DNA from: Eledone cirrhosa
Lineage: Eukaryota
Length of the DNA: 64,000 nt
NCBI GenBank assembly: GCA_964016885.1
Contig: OZ024742.1
Span: 345,154,001 to 345,218,000 of the forward strand
Reading direction: 5' to 3'
Made by a program: the position numbers and the translations under genes. Positions 43,069 to 57,984 of the stretch are shown in pieces; within the stretch, counting starts at the first letter, position 1, and every line of letters begins with the position of its first letter. The notes under the pieces are model-generated. The model was not told where the DNA came from. It was given only the letters and a program-made list of their open reading frames with translations, and did not search any database.

Positions 43069-43667
43069 GTGTGTGTGTGTAAAAGGTAAACAGAAATAAC
43101 AACACAATCGGTACAGTAGGAGAGTTTTATTGTATTCTTATAAAAGATAGTGTAGTACCTATCAGAATACAATAAGGCTCTCCTCCTCCACTACACCCAA
43201 TTTAGCTAGGAATATAGCCTATCTAAACACTGCTAAATTAAATTTATATATATATTCATTATGCAAAGACAAGACCACAAATTTCACAAGGAAGACGTTA
43301 TTTAAAGAAAGTCAACATTGTTTCAGTATATATATAGAGACGTACATTCATACACACACACACACACATATATATATGTTATTTGCCCATGTTCTACTGT
43401 CCCTTGTGCAATGAGGCCAGTTGTATTAATGTATCAATCTTAAAACACCGAACCAACATATCTCTAGCGGTCAACTGTTGAGATGGGACTCTCTGTATTC
43501 CTTCATTTTCCTGTCTTCGCCCATATTTTATTTTCATTTATATACATATATATATATATATTAGATTTCTGATGAGCGATTTCAGACGTCTGTGTCGAGC
43601 TCGTCTGTCTTCATGAAACCTTTGGTAAATGGAATAATTGTCTTATGTATATATCTATCTAAGGTGG

Positions 43668-44186
43668 GTAACATTCCCGAGATCCATGGACGAGTTCTCT
43701 CCAGCGGTCTCTGTCCCTCATTATCGCTGCCATGTCCTGCGTCTCCAACAGACCAGTGTCTTCCTTAGGACATCAACATACATTAACCTTGGTCTTCCTC
43801 TTCTAGTGTGTCCATGTAGGGGCTCCCAAAGGAGTACTGAGTGCAATGTCAACTCTGGATGTCGGTGAGCATGTCCAGCTAACCTCAGTCTCCTCTGTGT
43901 CACTTTTGAGCTGACCTTTGGGATGCTCCCATACAGCTCTGAGTTTTTCATCCTCAGTGTATACTGATTAATGTTCAGAGCCATCTTCAACATTCTCGTG
44001 TAGCACCCATCCACCATACGGAAGATGATGTGGTTGAGAGGAAGAGCAAGGCCTGGGCGGCGTGCCACAGCTTGAGATCGGTGTGGAAGTCGGACCTTCG
44101 TAGAGACCTGAAAGTCCGCCTCTTCATTGCTGTAGTGGAGTCTGTGCTGCTGTATGGGTCTGAGACTTGGACACTGACCTAGAAAC
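43668..44186 (-). mobile_element. 3' fragment of an RTE/RTE-X LINE with 5' inversion
   Basis: Minus strand 43668-44018 encodes DGCYTRMLKMAL...RLRLAGH...RGRP; plus strand 44019-44186 encodes the directly preceding ...VESVLLYGSETWTLT. Confidence 0.8.
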
Positions 44187-44211
44187 TTATGTATATATAT
44201 ATATATATATA

Positions 44212-44820
44212 TGGTGGCTGCCAACTCGTTTTCGAGTACGGCCACTACTTTATATCCATGAAGGAGAACCCCTACCGATGCGCTGAACGAGTGTGACTTT
44301 TTAGTCCAGCCAACGACTTGAAAACTCTGGTACAAACACTACACCTGTGACAAATATTGACACACAGTGCCAGGCCCATGGTACCATGTGACGACAAGTG
44401 CAGAGAGATCTCCAGATATAAAGCAATGCCTGTGCCATGAAGCTTTTATAGTGAGCAAAGGCACTGCACAAAGCCAGTCCCACTCTCTTAACCAAGATGA
44501 TATTTACCAAAAAGAAGAACAAGTCAACATCATTGGATACCATCACGGTTGCAGGTGTTCTATCAGAGTTTTCCTTCTCCTAGAATTCTGCCTTGACAAA
44601 GGCTAAGGGGTCATCTCTCCCGGTGATTTGGGATGGCCATTGACTCTTAAGAGCTCCTTTGCCCTTTGACAGGTTTTGTTTTTAGTCCTGCAGGATGTCC
44701 AAAGTCACCCTCCTCACCAAGGAAACTTGGTGGGGTTGCCAGTTTAGTCACCAATGACCCGACCATGAAACAGGTTGTACTGGGATACATGTTACCAGTA
44801 GCACCAACTGGTGACCTGAC
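44212..44820 (-). mobile_element. Non-autonomous RTE-derived retroposon (~610 bp)
   Basis: Shares the ccccttagcctttgtcaaggca...tctaggagaagg motif with the RTE 5'UTR at ~4917 and has an RTE-like cagccac/tc 3' end. Copies at 45646-46255(-), 56440-56835(-), 47840-48035(+) and 54160-54676(+). Confidence 0.75.
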
Positions 44821-45051
44821 AGTTATATACATACATACATACATACATACATACATACATACATACATACATACATACATACATACATACATGCGATAGC
44901 TGGCACCTTCAAAATTTGCAAAATATTCTTGCGATTCAAGGGATGACAATTTCTTTTCTTTTACAACCTTGCCACCAGGGAGGTGGCCGTTCAAAAAAAA
45001 TACTCAAAATTAAGAGGAAGAGATAACACACATACATACATACATACATAC

Positions 45052-45082
<31 letters not shown>

Positions 45083-45092
45083 CATACATACA

Positions 45093-45121
<29 letters not shown>

Positions 45122-45123
<2 letters not shown>

Positions 45124-45570
45124 GATATGGGACAGGGAGAAGAAAGGATGCACAATAGTGGAAATTAGCTGCCCAGCAGATGCCAATATAATATCAAAGA
45201 TTAGTGAAAAGGAGAACATTTATGCAGAACTGATGAGAAATCTGCAGAGACTCCACCCTGATTACACCTTCAGATTTATGCCTGTGATTATTGGGGCACT
45301 GGGATATGTTAATAACTGCCTCAATACAAATCTTGAGAAGCTAGGCTTCACAGGAATAGAAAGAACACAACTAGTTACACATGCACACATGAAACTCAAA
45401 ACATACGCATCCACACATACAACAACATCCATATCTACAGATACATGCATACATACATATCTACCTAGTTGATGTTGTGTAAATTCCAATGAGAGAGTCT
45501 TGTGTCTAGGTTAGAAACCGACTCTCTCTCTCTATTGGTAAACCTTTGTGAAATTATAAAACCAGAAGAA
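45122..45570 (+). mobile_element. 3' fragment of an R4/Dong-like (REL endonuclease) retrotransposon in (TACA)n
   Basis: IWDREKK..VEISCP...KENIY...PVIIGALG; same 3'UTR as 47525-47715. Confidence 0.85.
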
Positions 45571-45599
45571 CATACATAGTTATATACAAACAAACATAG

Positions 45600-45630
<31 letters not shown>

Positions 45631-46271
45631 CATACATACATACTTGGTGGCTGCCAACTCGTTTTCGAGTACGGCCACTACTTTATACCCATGTAGGAGA
45701 ACCCCTACCGATGCGCTGAACGAGTGTGACTTTTTAGTCCAGCCAGCGATTTGAAAACTCTGGTACAAACACTACACCTGTGACAAATATTGACACACAG
45801 TGCTGGGCCCATGGTACCATGTGACGACAAGTGCAGAGAGATCTTCAGATACAAAGCAATGCCTGTGCCGTGAAGCTTTTATAGTGAGCAAAGACACTGC
45901 ACAAAGCCAGTCCCACTCTCTTAACCAAGATGATATTTACCAAAAAGAAGAACAAGTCAACATCATTGGATACCATCAGAGTTGCAGGTGTTATATCAGA
46001 GTTTTCCTTCTCCTAGAATTCTGCCTTGACAAAGGCTAAGGGGTTATCTCTCCCTGTGATTTTGGATGGCCATTGACTCTTAAGAGCTCCTTTTCCCTTT
46101 GACAGGTTTTGTTTTTAGACCTGCAGGATGTCCAAAGTCACCCTCCTCATCAAGAAACCTTGGTGGGGTTGCCAGTTTAGTCGCCAACGACCCGACCATG
46201 AGACGGGTTGTACTGGGATACATGTTACCAGTAGCAGCAACTGGTGACCTGACATAGTTACATACATACAT

Positions 46272-47715
46272 AAGAAAGATCTGATTAAGAAAGATCTGGT
46301 CATCGGAACTCTCTGCGCAAAACAAAACAGTGGCTAACAATGTCTTTGCTGTGCCTGTCCTAACACCAACATTTGGAATACTCAATTGGACGATAGACGA
46401 AATCCGAGCAGTTGATGTTGGAACTCGAAAAATACTGAACAACACCGGAAACTTCCACATCAACAGTGACATAGACCGCCTAACATCAGTCCAGACAACA
46501 TTTGAATGTCGCATCATATCGCTCCGACAACGTTTACGAACCTCAAAGCGTAGAAGCCCGTTTCTCGAGCAAGTCTAACTGCATGAAACAGATAAGATCA
46601 TGAGAGTTGGGACGGAACTCCTTGAGAGATATTCCCTGTGTGATAATCAAAAACTCGCAACCAGGGATGTCGCTCAGCAGTATCGCAGTGAATCCATGGA
46701 TGAAAAACTGCATGCCTATCAGCAAAAAATCATGCATGGATATGTTGCCAGGAAGCTCCAGAGTGAGAATAATATAGATAAGTAAAGTAGTCTATATTGG
46801 ACCAACAACCGCTATATTGGCTCCCACTTTGAAGGATACGCTTTTGCAATCCAGAGACAGGAGATTAGCACGAAATACTTTATTCACAAAAGAGATAGGG
46901 ATGCAGGCAAAACACCTAGATGTGATAATAAGTGCAGACTCTGCAGAACTAACATCGAGGATATCACCCCTGTCATCAGCAGCTGTCCAAAGATGTCATC
47001 GCGGTACTATCTACATATGAGGCATGATGTAGTGGCCAAAACACTGTACAATGCAGTCCGTAAAAAAGATAGCCCGATATAAACACATTAAAAGCTACAG
47101 CAATGTTGAAGACATTCATGTACATAATATGAAAGAATACTGGTGGAATGTTCCAGTAAAAACCCCAATAAAATGCAGGCATAACAGACCAGATATTATG
47201 ATATGGGACAGGGAGAAGAAAGTATGCACAGTAGTGGAAATTAGCTGCCCAGCAGATGCCAATATAATATCAAAGATTAGTGAAAAGGAGAACATTTATG
47301 CAGAACTAATGAGAAATCTGCAGATACACCACCCTGATTACACCTTCAGATTTATGCCTTTGATTATTGGGGCACTGGGATATGTTAGTAACTGCCTCAA
47401 TACAAATCTTGAGAAGCTAGGCTTCACAGGGACAGAAAGAACACAACTAGTTAGGAAATTACAAGTACAATCCATTAATGGAACAGTAAAAATATGTAAG
47501 ACATTCCAAAAATTTTGCATCTAATAACTGCATATACACATATACAGATATACACATCCACACATACAAAACATCCATATCTATACATGCATGTATACAT
47601 ACATATCTACCTAGTTGATGTTGTGTAAATTCCAATGAGAGAGTCTTGTGTCTATGTTAGAAACCGACTCTCTCTCTATTGGTAAAATTTTGTGAAATTA
47701 TAAAACCAGAAGAAC
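46272..47715 (+). mobile_element. R4/Dong-like retrotransposon 3' part (thumb, CCHC, PD-(D/E)xK REL endonuclease); disrupted
   Basis: FAVPVLTPTFGILNWT, CRLC...SSCP...RHD, HNRPDIMIWD...EISCP and IIGALG motifs; flanked by catacata on both sides. Confidence 0.88.
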
Positions 47716-48099
47716 ATACATACATACATATATACGTACATATATATATATAATTACATATATACATACATATTTATATACATACATACATACATAGTTA
47801 TATACATACATACATATATATAATGAATACGTATATATACGTGTCGGGTCACTCTTGAGTGCTACTGATATCATGTAAACCTGTACCAACTGTCGCATGG
47901 TCGGGTCGTCGGCGACTAAACTGGCAACCCACCATGTTTACTTGGTGAGGAGGGTGATTTTGGACACCCTGCATGACAAAAAACAAAACCTGACAAAGGG
48001 CGGAAGAACTCATAAGAGTCAACGGCCATCCAAAATTGTGTAAATATGTATATACACATGTACATATGTATGTGTCTGTATATACGTGTGTATATGCCT

Positions 48100-48770
48100 G
48101 GTGTGTCAGGGAGGGGCATGTACCTCTGTAGGGGGGGGGGGGGCTAGCCATGCCCTTTTCAGCTCATCCTAAAAGGGTCCCATCTGACACTCAGCTCTTA
48201 CCTGTGGCCCCAAGAAGCTGTACATGCGACAGCGGCCACACCCCGGTAAACCGCTTTGGCTGGCGGGCCGAAAAAGTTGAGGGTAGCTGGACGGGTCTGA
48301 AAGCCCCCAGTGAGTCAGATAGGGGGTGCCTGCCCCTGTATGCGAAGACTGGACCCAGCGGAGTGAGTGGAGAAAGACAACATCGTCCCAACGGTCACGA
48401 AGGCAGCGACAGCAAGCGGTGTGGAGCGCTAGGGCACGGCAAGGCACTACAGACGTCGTGGCCATCCACTGCAGCCAAGGAAGTCCCTGGTCGTAACGGT
48501 CTTCCGTACCACCGGATTCTGGCTTCTGCGGCCGAGTGAGTGGGACCGTCACTGTGCACTGGCCCTCCCACTATAAACCTTTCCCGCACAGGTTTCTTCT
48601 TTAGCGTGCACTCCCAAAGTCCTGCGGCGATGGGCGGGAGGCGGAGGTAACATGTGGCCCCGGACCTGCAAGTCAAGGATCGACCTCCACAGCCACCTTC
48701 CCGCCTACGGCAGACGGGAACCACAATGAAGAAGATGTCATCATCGTTTACTATGGACAACCAAGACGTA
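48100..48770 (+). mobile_element. GC-rich non-coding retroposon, possibly RTE-derived
   Basis: GC-rich island between microsatellites ending ...gtcatcatcgtttactatggacaaccaagac(gtat); no convincing ORF. Confidence 0.35.
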
Positions 48771-49357
48771 TATAAAGTAAATTAAGAGAAGTGGATTTAA
48801 AAAGTGTATTTGATCATATGTGTGTTTCTGTTAGTGTGTGAATGTGTGTGTGTATGCGTGTGTATGTGGGCGATAGCAGCCCGTGTGTGCGTGTAACTGT
48901 AGGCGAACGTGTGCCTGTGTGTGTTTGTAGGTGAGCGTGTACCTGTATATGTCTGTGTGTGAGTGTGTGTATGTGGGTTTATGTTTGTATGTGGTTGTGT
49001 GTGTGTTTGTGGGCGAACGTGGACCTTTGTATTTCTGTGTGTGGGGGTGTGTTGGTAGGCGAAAATGTATTTGTGTGTGTATTTGTAGGTAAAAGTTGCC
49101 TCTGTGTGTTTGTGTGTGTGTGTATGTCTGTATGTGTTTGTGTGTATGTATGTGTTTGTGTGTCAGTGTGTATTTGTATGCGAAAGTGTGCCTGTGTGTA
49201 TGTGTATGTGTGTATTTGTTGGCAAAAGTGTGCCTGTGTGTATGTGTATGTGTGTATTTCTAGGTGAAAGTATGTCTGTGTGTATATTTGTCTTACTGTT
49301 ACATATATTCTGTCTATTCTCTATTATATATTCTGTCTCAACAGTGTTTACCAATAT

Positions 49358-49439
<82 letters not shown>

Positions 49440-49850
49440 TATCTATATCATTGTCACACATATATTCACATCATCACTTGTACTTTACCCAACAATTATT
49501 TACATAAATTATACCACACCGATATTAACTATGCAAGCGATATAAGCAAAACCAGATTAATCCGCCTGGAAACCTAGATATGTGCTGGAAAATTAAATCT
49601 CCGAATTGATCTTTAATATTAAGACAATGAAAGCTAGGAGTGAATAAATAGATCCCATTCAGAGATTGCAGGAACACGTAATTTTTTAGGTGTTTTACAT
49701 AAATGAAACTTTCAGTTTATATTATATCAATATGTATATAATATTGAGGAATGACACATGTTCCTCTCAAATGCTTATATATAAATTCCTAAAGAGAGAC
49801 AGGCTATATTCATATGTTCATGCACGTACTCTCTCTCTCTCACACACACA

Positions 49851-49886
<36 letters not shown>

Positions 49887-50070
49887 TACATATATATATA
49901 TGTATATATATGTAAAAGGTAAACAGAAATAACAACACAATCGGTACAGTATACGGAAGGAATATATGTTAGGTTACACACACACACATATATATATATA
50001 TGTATATATACACACACAGACACATATATATATATGTATATATACACACACACATATATATATATATATG

Positions 50071-50191
<121 letters not shown>

Positions 50192-50392
50192 ATATATATA
50201 GGTATGTGTGTGTATATATGTGTGTATGTATATATATGTGTGTGTGTGTCCTGGGTTCAATCGGGGGTAACTACGGCCTTACTTACAAAATGCGTCAAGT
50301 CTTATAGAAGCCATACAGACATAAAGACATATATACATAATACCTACATATATACATATACATAATACATAATACATACATATATATATATA

Positions 50393-50501
50393 TGATGGCT
50401 GCCCCCTCGTTATCGAGTATGGCCATTGCACGAGGAGAAATATATATATATATATATATATATTAATAGATAAATAAAAAATAAAATAAAATAAAAAAAA
50501 G

Positions 50502-50561
<60 letters not shown>

Positions 50562-53500
50562 ATATACATATATACACACATATATATATACATACACACA
50601 TATACATTAATAACAATAATAATAATAATAATAACAACAATAATAATATACATATACATATATATATATACACACTCACGCGCACACATAAACATATATA
50701 TACACACACACACACACACGATAGCAACTAACAGCGCTGCGATCGAATGTGGCTTTTTAGCCCAGCCAATGATCTAAAATGTCTTGCACAGAGTCGGCAA
50801 CCAAAACATTCAGTGTGAATAGCCGGCTGTGGTTGGAGTTCATGTACTTTTGCATGTCGCTTGAGCCCTCCTGCTGATTTACATTCTCTACCACATGTTT
50901 GGCAAGCATGATGAGTAGCATCTCCAACAGCAGCCTGGTAGTCAACCACTGGTCTTACTTTATGACTGCGAAGATGACTTTCGAGTCCAGCTTTGCTTAG
51001 GCAGAGTCTCGCACAGACGCTGCATGTCAGCACCATGGGAGGACCCTCGCCGTCTGGAAGTGCAACAGCAATGCCCTTCCTCACATCCCGCTTTACTTTC
51101 TCGTATGCGATTCGAGATGCCTCAAAGGCAACTTTTCCCTCATATACAGTCTTTCTCCATTTATTACGATCAGCAGCAATATTTTCCCATGTATCATCAG
51201 AGATGTTAGCCTCTTTCAAAGAGGCTTTCGGGGAGTCCTTATACCTTTTTTGGGGTTTATGTGGCGGTCGTTTTCCTTTAACCAACTCTCCATAAAAGAG
51301 TTGTTTTGGTATTCTAGAATCCTTCATCCTGGCAAGGTGACCACTCCAACGGAGTCGTTGCCTAAGCACAAGAGCTTATATACTGTCACACATAGAGCTT
51401 TCCAAAATCTCGACATCACTGATGTGGTCCCTCCAGTGAACTCCATGGATACTTCAGAGACACATCTGATGGAAACGCTCCAATTGCTTAAGGTGGTGTC
51501 GATATGTGACCCAGGTCTCGCAGGCATAAAGAAGACAAGAGAGCACACATGCCTTGTACACCTTTACCTTTGTCCTCCTGCATATGTCTCGCCGACCCCA
51601 GAGTCGCCTTTCTAGCTTTCCGAAAGCATCGCTTACTTTCCTAATCCTACGTGAGATTTCACTGTCAAGGTTGCTGTATCGATTGACAGTGCTTCCCAGG
51701 TAGACAAACTGATCAACCACTCCAAGTCGTTTACCATACACATAGATATTTGGTTCAGTGTACTGCTTACCAGGGGCAGGTTGGTACATGACGACGGTTT
51801 TCTTGAGACTGACAGTCAATCCTAGGGCAGTGCAAGCGTCAGAAAATGCATTCAAAATGTGCTGCATATCACTCTCTGTGTGCGCTACAACATCGCAATC
51901 ATCTGCATACAAGAGGTCTCTTATGATTGATGTAAATACTTTTGTCTTTGCAGCAAAGCGCCTGCTGTTAAATATGCTGTCTCATGTTCGATATCGGATG
52001 TAAACACCATGCTCGCAATTCCTGAATGCAATACAGAAAACCATTGCAAAGTATATAGCAAACGGGGTCGGTGCTGGAATATCCCCCTGTTTCACTCCAT
52101 TTTTTACTGAGATAGGCTCCGGCATGTTCCCTCCGACATTAACCCAAGCCTTCATGTCGTCATAGAAACACCTAACCAAAGCAAGGAACTTATCAGGGCA
52201 ACCAAGTTTCTTGAGAACCTTCCATAATGCATCTCTGTTAACAGTATCGAAAGCTTTTGTCAGATCGACAAAAACCTGATACAGATCCAAACCTTGTTCC
52301 ATGCATTTCTCCTGGAGCTGTCTAGCTGAGAAGATCATATCAGTAGTGCCGCGTCCAGCACGAAAACCAGATTGACTTTCAGGAAGAACACAATGTGCAA
52401 TGTGTGTCAGCAGACGGTCCAGAAGCACCCTACATAAAACTTTCCCTACGACAGAAAGAAATGATATACCTCTGTAGTTCCCACAATCATTCCTGTTACC
52501 CTTTCCCTTGTACAAGACCACCATTACTGCATCACTCCAGTCCTCAGGTATAGATTCATTAGCCCATATCCTGCCAAACAAAGAGTGAAGATGTTGCAAG
52601 AGTCTCTCACCCCCATATTGTAGGAGCTCAGCATGTATGCCATCCATACCTGGAGACCTTCCACTGTTCAGCTTCGAGATAGCCACTGCAACCTCCACAA
52701 GCGTCGGAGGTTCTGCGAGAGCTACTTTCACAGGACTTTCTGGAATGAGATTGAGGAAATCTTCACTGACGACAGACGGCTGATTCAAAAGATCATCAAA
52801 GTGCTCTCGCCACCTTCGTAAAATTCCTTGTGAGTCACGAAGATGTTCTTTGCCATCCTTGCTGCGAAGCGGTGTCACCAGAGAAGAAGACGGTCCATAA
52901 ACCTCACGCTAGAGACTATACAACAGCTTTGTGTTATTGGAATCTGACGCAGTTTGTATCTCACCAGCCTTCTCACTCCACCACTGATCCTTCATCTGAG
53001 AAATACTCCGCCTAACACGTGATTTTACATCCTTGAGTTCCTCATGCAACGTATTCCTCTCCTGTGGTTTTGCCGTCAAGTAGCGTGACAGAGCATGCCT
53101 CTTATCAGCCAACAAATCTTCTATATGTACATCATTCTCATTAAACCAATCCTGATGTTTTCTCTGCACCAATCCCAGAACACGCCTGCCTACATCATGA
53201 ACCGACTTTTTAAGGGTCGGCCAATCCTCACCAAGATCTAAAGCCTGCATCTCTTCTTCCAATGTCCTCTTCACATTTTTATCCTTAAGACGAGCAGCAT
53301 TCAATCTTTTGGGTTGGGCAACACCAGGAGCCCGGATTTTACGTTTAGTGATTAGTTTCACTTTTGCGCGTACCAGGCGGAGGTCCGTCCAGCACTCAGC
53401 TTCACGAAGAGCACGAACACACTGCACATCCTGTCTGTCACGCATCCCGACTACGACGTAGTCCAAAAGATGCCATTCCTTAGATGCAGGATGCATCCAT

Positions 53501-53748
53501 GTGGTCTTGAATTTGTTCTTTTGTTGGAAGATGGTGTTGGTAACACACAGATCCAGCTCCTCACACATCTGCAGCAGGAGCATACCATTGTTGTTGCACT
53601 TTCCCACCCCATGCCTTCCGATTACATTCCACGTGTTAAAATCCCTACCGACTCTAGCATTAAAGTCACCAAGCACAATGACTTTGTCTGCATTAGGGAT
53701 ATTTCTTAAAACACCTTTCAAGGCATGGTAAAAGGACACATACATCAC
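50393..53748 (-). mobile_element. Inverted sister copy of the RTE LINE at 6881-10215; disrupted
   Basis: Near-identical ORF segments (YADD here) and three C2H2 fingers; shares the 5' junction and ~170 bp of upstream sequence. Confidence 0.95.
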
Positions 53749-53910
53749 TCAGTCAAACGACCAGATTTCAACCCCAACATCTACAACACCGGCACTAATG
53801 TTTACAGCAACAACAGCTTCAGAATGAATTGAAATGAACATTTACAACATATATATATACATACATATATACGTACATAAAGACATACATACACACATAT
53901 ATACATATGC

Positions 53911-53954
<44 letters not shown>

Positions 53955-54007
53955 ATGTAATATTTATGTATGTATTATGTTTGCATATATGTATGTGTGC
54001 GTGCGTC

Positions 54008-54039
<32 letters not shown>

Positions 54040-54744
54040 AGTGTGTGTGTGTGTGTAAGCATGTTTTTATGTACGTATATATGTATGTATATATGTATGT
54101 ATTATGTATGTATATATATGTATATATGTCTTTATGTATGTATGCATGTTATATCGCGTCGCTGTTCAGCGATACTGGTAAAATATAACCCGCAACAACC
54201 TATGCATGGTCGGTTCGTTGGCGACTAAACAAGCAGCCCCACCAGGCTTGCTTGGTGTGAGAGGTGATTTGGGGAACCCTGCATGTTGTAAAATAAAACC
54301 CGTGAAAGGGCGAAGGAACTCAGAAGAATCAACGGCTTTCCAATAAAGTTTTTTTTTTTTGTGGAGTGAGAGATTCCTAGTCTTCTCTAGAATGTCACTC
54401 TGATATAAAACCTGTGACTTCGTTTACATCCATGATGTAGACCAGTTCTTCTTTCGGGGGCAAATGTATTCGATGTTCAGAGGGTGGGACTGGTCCCTTG
54501 CAAAGCCGTTCCTCACTTACAGGAGCTTCAAAGGCAGGCATCGTTTATTATGTGACGTTTTGCTATGCTTTATATTGGTGGCCATAGGCAAGTCCTTAAC
54601 ATGACTAAACAGCCATATGATGCTCATGCTAAAGTATCAAGTAATGGCATTACTGGAAATCGAGTTGCAGCCATCATGTATGTATGTATGTATGTATGTA
54701 TGTATGTATGTATGTATGTATGTATGATATATGTATGTATGTTC

Positions 54745-55680
54745 ACACATTTTTGCCAATAGAGAGAGAGTTACAAGACTCTCTCATTGGAATTTACACA
54801 ACATCAACTAGGTAGATATGTATGCATGTCTGCATGCATGCATGTGTAGATATGGATGTTATTGTATGTGTGGGTGTGGATGTTTTGAGTTGTATGTGTG
54901 CATGTGTATATGCTTATTATCTGTACATGTGTATATGTAGTTATTAGAGGCAAAATCTTTGGAATGTTTTATATATATTTACTGTTCCATTAATGGACTG
55001 TACTTGTAATTTCCTAACTAGTGGTGTTTTGTCTGTTCCTGTGAAGCAGTTACTAACATACCCCAGTGCTCCAATAATCACAGGTATAAATCTGAAGGTA
55101 TAGTCAGGGTGGAGTATCTGCATATTTCTCATCAGTTCGGCATAAATATTCTCCTTTTCGCTAATCTTTGATATTATATTGGCATCTGCTGGGCAGCTAA
55201 CTTCCACTACTGTGCATGCCTTCTTTTCCCTGTCCCATACCGTAATATCTGGTCTGTTATGCCTGCATTTTATTGGGGTTTTTACTGGAACATTCCACCA
55301 GTACTCTTTCATATTATGTACATGGATGTCTTCAACATTGCTGTAGCTTTTAATGAGTTTATTATCGGGGCTATCCTTTTTACGAACTGCATTGTACAGT
55401 GTTTTGGCCATTGCATCATGCCTCATAGGTAAATAGTACCGCGATGACGTCTCTGGACAGCTGCTTATGACATTGGTGACATCTTCGATATTAATTTTGC
55501 AGAGTCTGCACTTGTTATCACATCTAGGTGTTTTGCCTGCATCCCTATCTCGTGTGTGAATCAGGTATTTCGTGTTGATTTCCTGTTTTTGGATTGCAAA
55601 AGCGTATCCTTCGAAGTGGGAGCCAATATAGCGGTTCTTGGTCCAAGATAGACTACTTTCCTTATCTATATTACTCTCAC
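54745..55680 (-). mobile_element. R4/Dong-like 3' fragment in (TATG)n
   Basis: RHDAMAK...HNRPDITVWD...EVSCP; same family as 46272-47715. Confidence 0.88.
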
Positions 55681-56164
55681 TACACTATGTATGTATGTAC
55701 GTATGTATGTGTGTGTGACGATGCGTGGCTTTGTAATTAGGTAATTCGGCTCACAATAGTAAGGTCGTGAGTTCGATTCCCGGCGGCTTGTCGTGTCCAT
55801 AAGCAAGGACACGTTGCTCCAATCCACTCAGCTGGCAACAATGAGTTGTACCAGTAATTCAAAGAGCCAGCCTTGTCACATTCTGTGTCACACCGAATCT
55901 CCCTGAGAACCACGTTAAATGTAAGCCTGTCTGTGGAATGCTCAGCCACTTGCACGTTCATTTCCCGTGCAGGCTGTTCTGTTGATCGGCTCAGCTGGAA
56001 CACTCATCCTCGTAACCGACGTTTTTACTTTCCATCTATAATTGTGTATCCAGTTATTGTGGTGAATATATTGAGTCCTCAATTCTGTAGAATAGATTAT
56101 TACCTATTAATAGGCTTGATACCCAAGACTGTAAGATTGGATTTTTCTCGGAGTATGACCGATT

Positions 56165-56221
<57 letters not shown>

Positions 56222-56359
56222 AGTGGGACAGTATGTGTATGTGTGACAACATATATATATTAATATATAATATATAGGTGCGGCTGTGTAGTAGGCCTGT
56301 GTGTGTGTTTAACCACACACACATATGGCTTCACTCTCTCTTTCTATATATATACATAA

Positions 56360-56424
<65 letters not shown>

Positions 56425-56935
56425 CCTATATACATATATGGTGGCTGCCAACTCGTTTTCGAGTACGGCCACTACTTTATATCGATGTAGGAGAACTCCT
56501 ACCGATGCGCTGAAAGAGTGTGACTTTTTAGTCCAGCCAGCGACTTGAAAACTCTGGTACAAACACTACACTTGTGACAATTATTGACACATAGTGCTGG
56601 GCCCATGGTGTCATGTGACGACAAGTGCAGAGAGATCCCCAGATATAAAGCAATGCCTGTGCCGTGAAGCTTCTATAGTGAGCAAAGGCACTGCACAAAG
56701 CCAGTCCCACTCTCTTAACCAAGATGATATTTACCAAAAATAAGAACAAGTCAACATCATTGGATACCATCAGGATTGCAGGTGTTATATCAGAGTTTTC
56801 CTTCTGCATTGACAAAGGCTAAGGGGTAATCTCTCCCATATATATATATATGCATATATAGATACATATTATCTAAAAACATTTTTTCAAATTCCAATCC
56901 GTCCGTCCCTTCAATCTATCTTTTTTCTCATTCTT

Positions 56936-56972
56936 TCCTCTGATGAAGGACTAGCGTCTGAAACGTTAAGAC
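56936..56972 (+). ncRNA. Minimal hammerhead-like motif with weak helix I
   Basis: CTGATGA-a-ggac(tagc)gtct-GAAA-cgtTA. The downstream tail gattgtgttgttatttctgtttaccttttac recurs at ~19545, 43080 and 49912. Confidence 0.55.
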
Positions 56973-57364
56973 CCTCATCCTGCTATATCAAGCGTTAACC
57001 TAATATATCACTTCCATATACTGTACCGATTGTGTTGTTATTTCTGTTTACCTTTTACATATATATATGTATGTATATTCTTAGGGCCAGAAAGCTCATT
57101 AGGCCATGCCGTGAAGCGACTGACAGTACAAGACACCCCCTGGACAGGATGCCAGTCCATCGTAGAGTTAAACCCCCAGCTATTACTGGTACTCATGTTC
57201 AGCTGAGTATACTGAAGCAACGGGAAATTAAGTGTTTTGCTCAAGAACACAACACACAACCCAGGAATCGAACCCACGACATTATGATCGTAAGTCCAAC
57301 ACCCTTACCACTGGGCCACGTGCCTCCCCGTATATATGTTTATATATACATATATGTATATATG

Positions 57365-57403
<39 letters not shown>

Positions 57404-57404
57404 T

Positions 57405-57522
57405 AATATAGAAATGGCTTCTACAGCACTAGAACTGTTTCATTCGAAGGAAATCATCAGTGCTTTCTTGATATTTCCTTCGAATGAAACAGTGCTAGTC
57501 CTGTAGAAGCCATTTCTATATT
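57405..57522. repeat. Inverted repeat turning at an HHR-like motif
   Basis: Minus strand agcaCTGATGA-t-ttc(cttc)gaa-t-GAAA-cagttcta-gtgct; the plus arm begins within the motif. Confidence 0.8.
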
Positions 57523-57585
57523 TTAAAATGTATACTCTGCTATGTAATGAGTACCTTACTGCCGTTACCCCCGATTGAACCCGGG

Positions 57586-57742
<157 letters not shown>

Positions 57743-57914
57743 CATATATATATATTATATGAATATATTTCAATCACTTTCTTATATATTATAAGAAAGT
57801 GATTGAAATATTTTCATACACACATAAGTGTTCGGTAAGACATATCAAAACAGAGACAAGACATGTTTGATTTTGTATCATTCATGACACCCTTTACTTT
57901 GAAAGTAATAATAA

Positions 57915-57945
<31 letters not shown>

Positions 57946-57984
57946 AATAATATATATATATATTATTATTATTATTGTTATTAC

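Noticed and set aside
48112-48160. HDV-like ribozyme (ggcatg...catgcc)
   Set aside because: Only a P2-like helix is visible; P1, L3 and P4 could not be assigned
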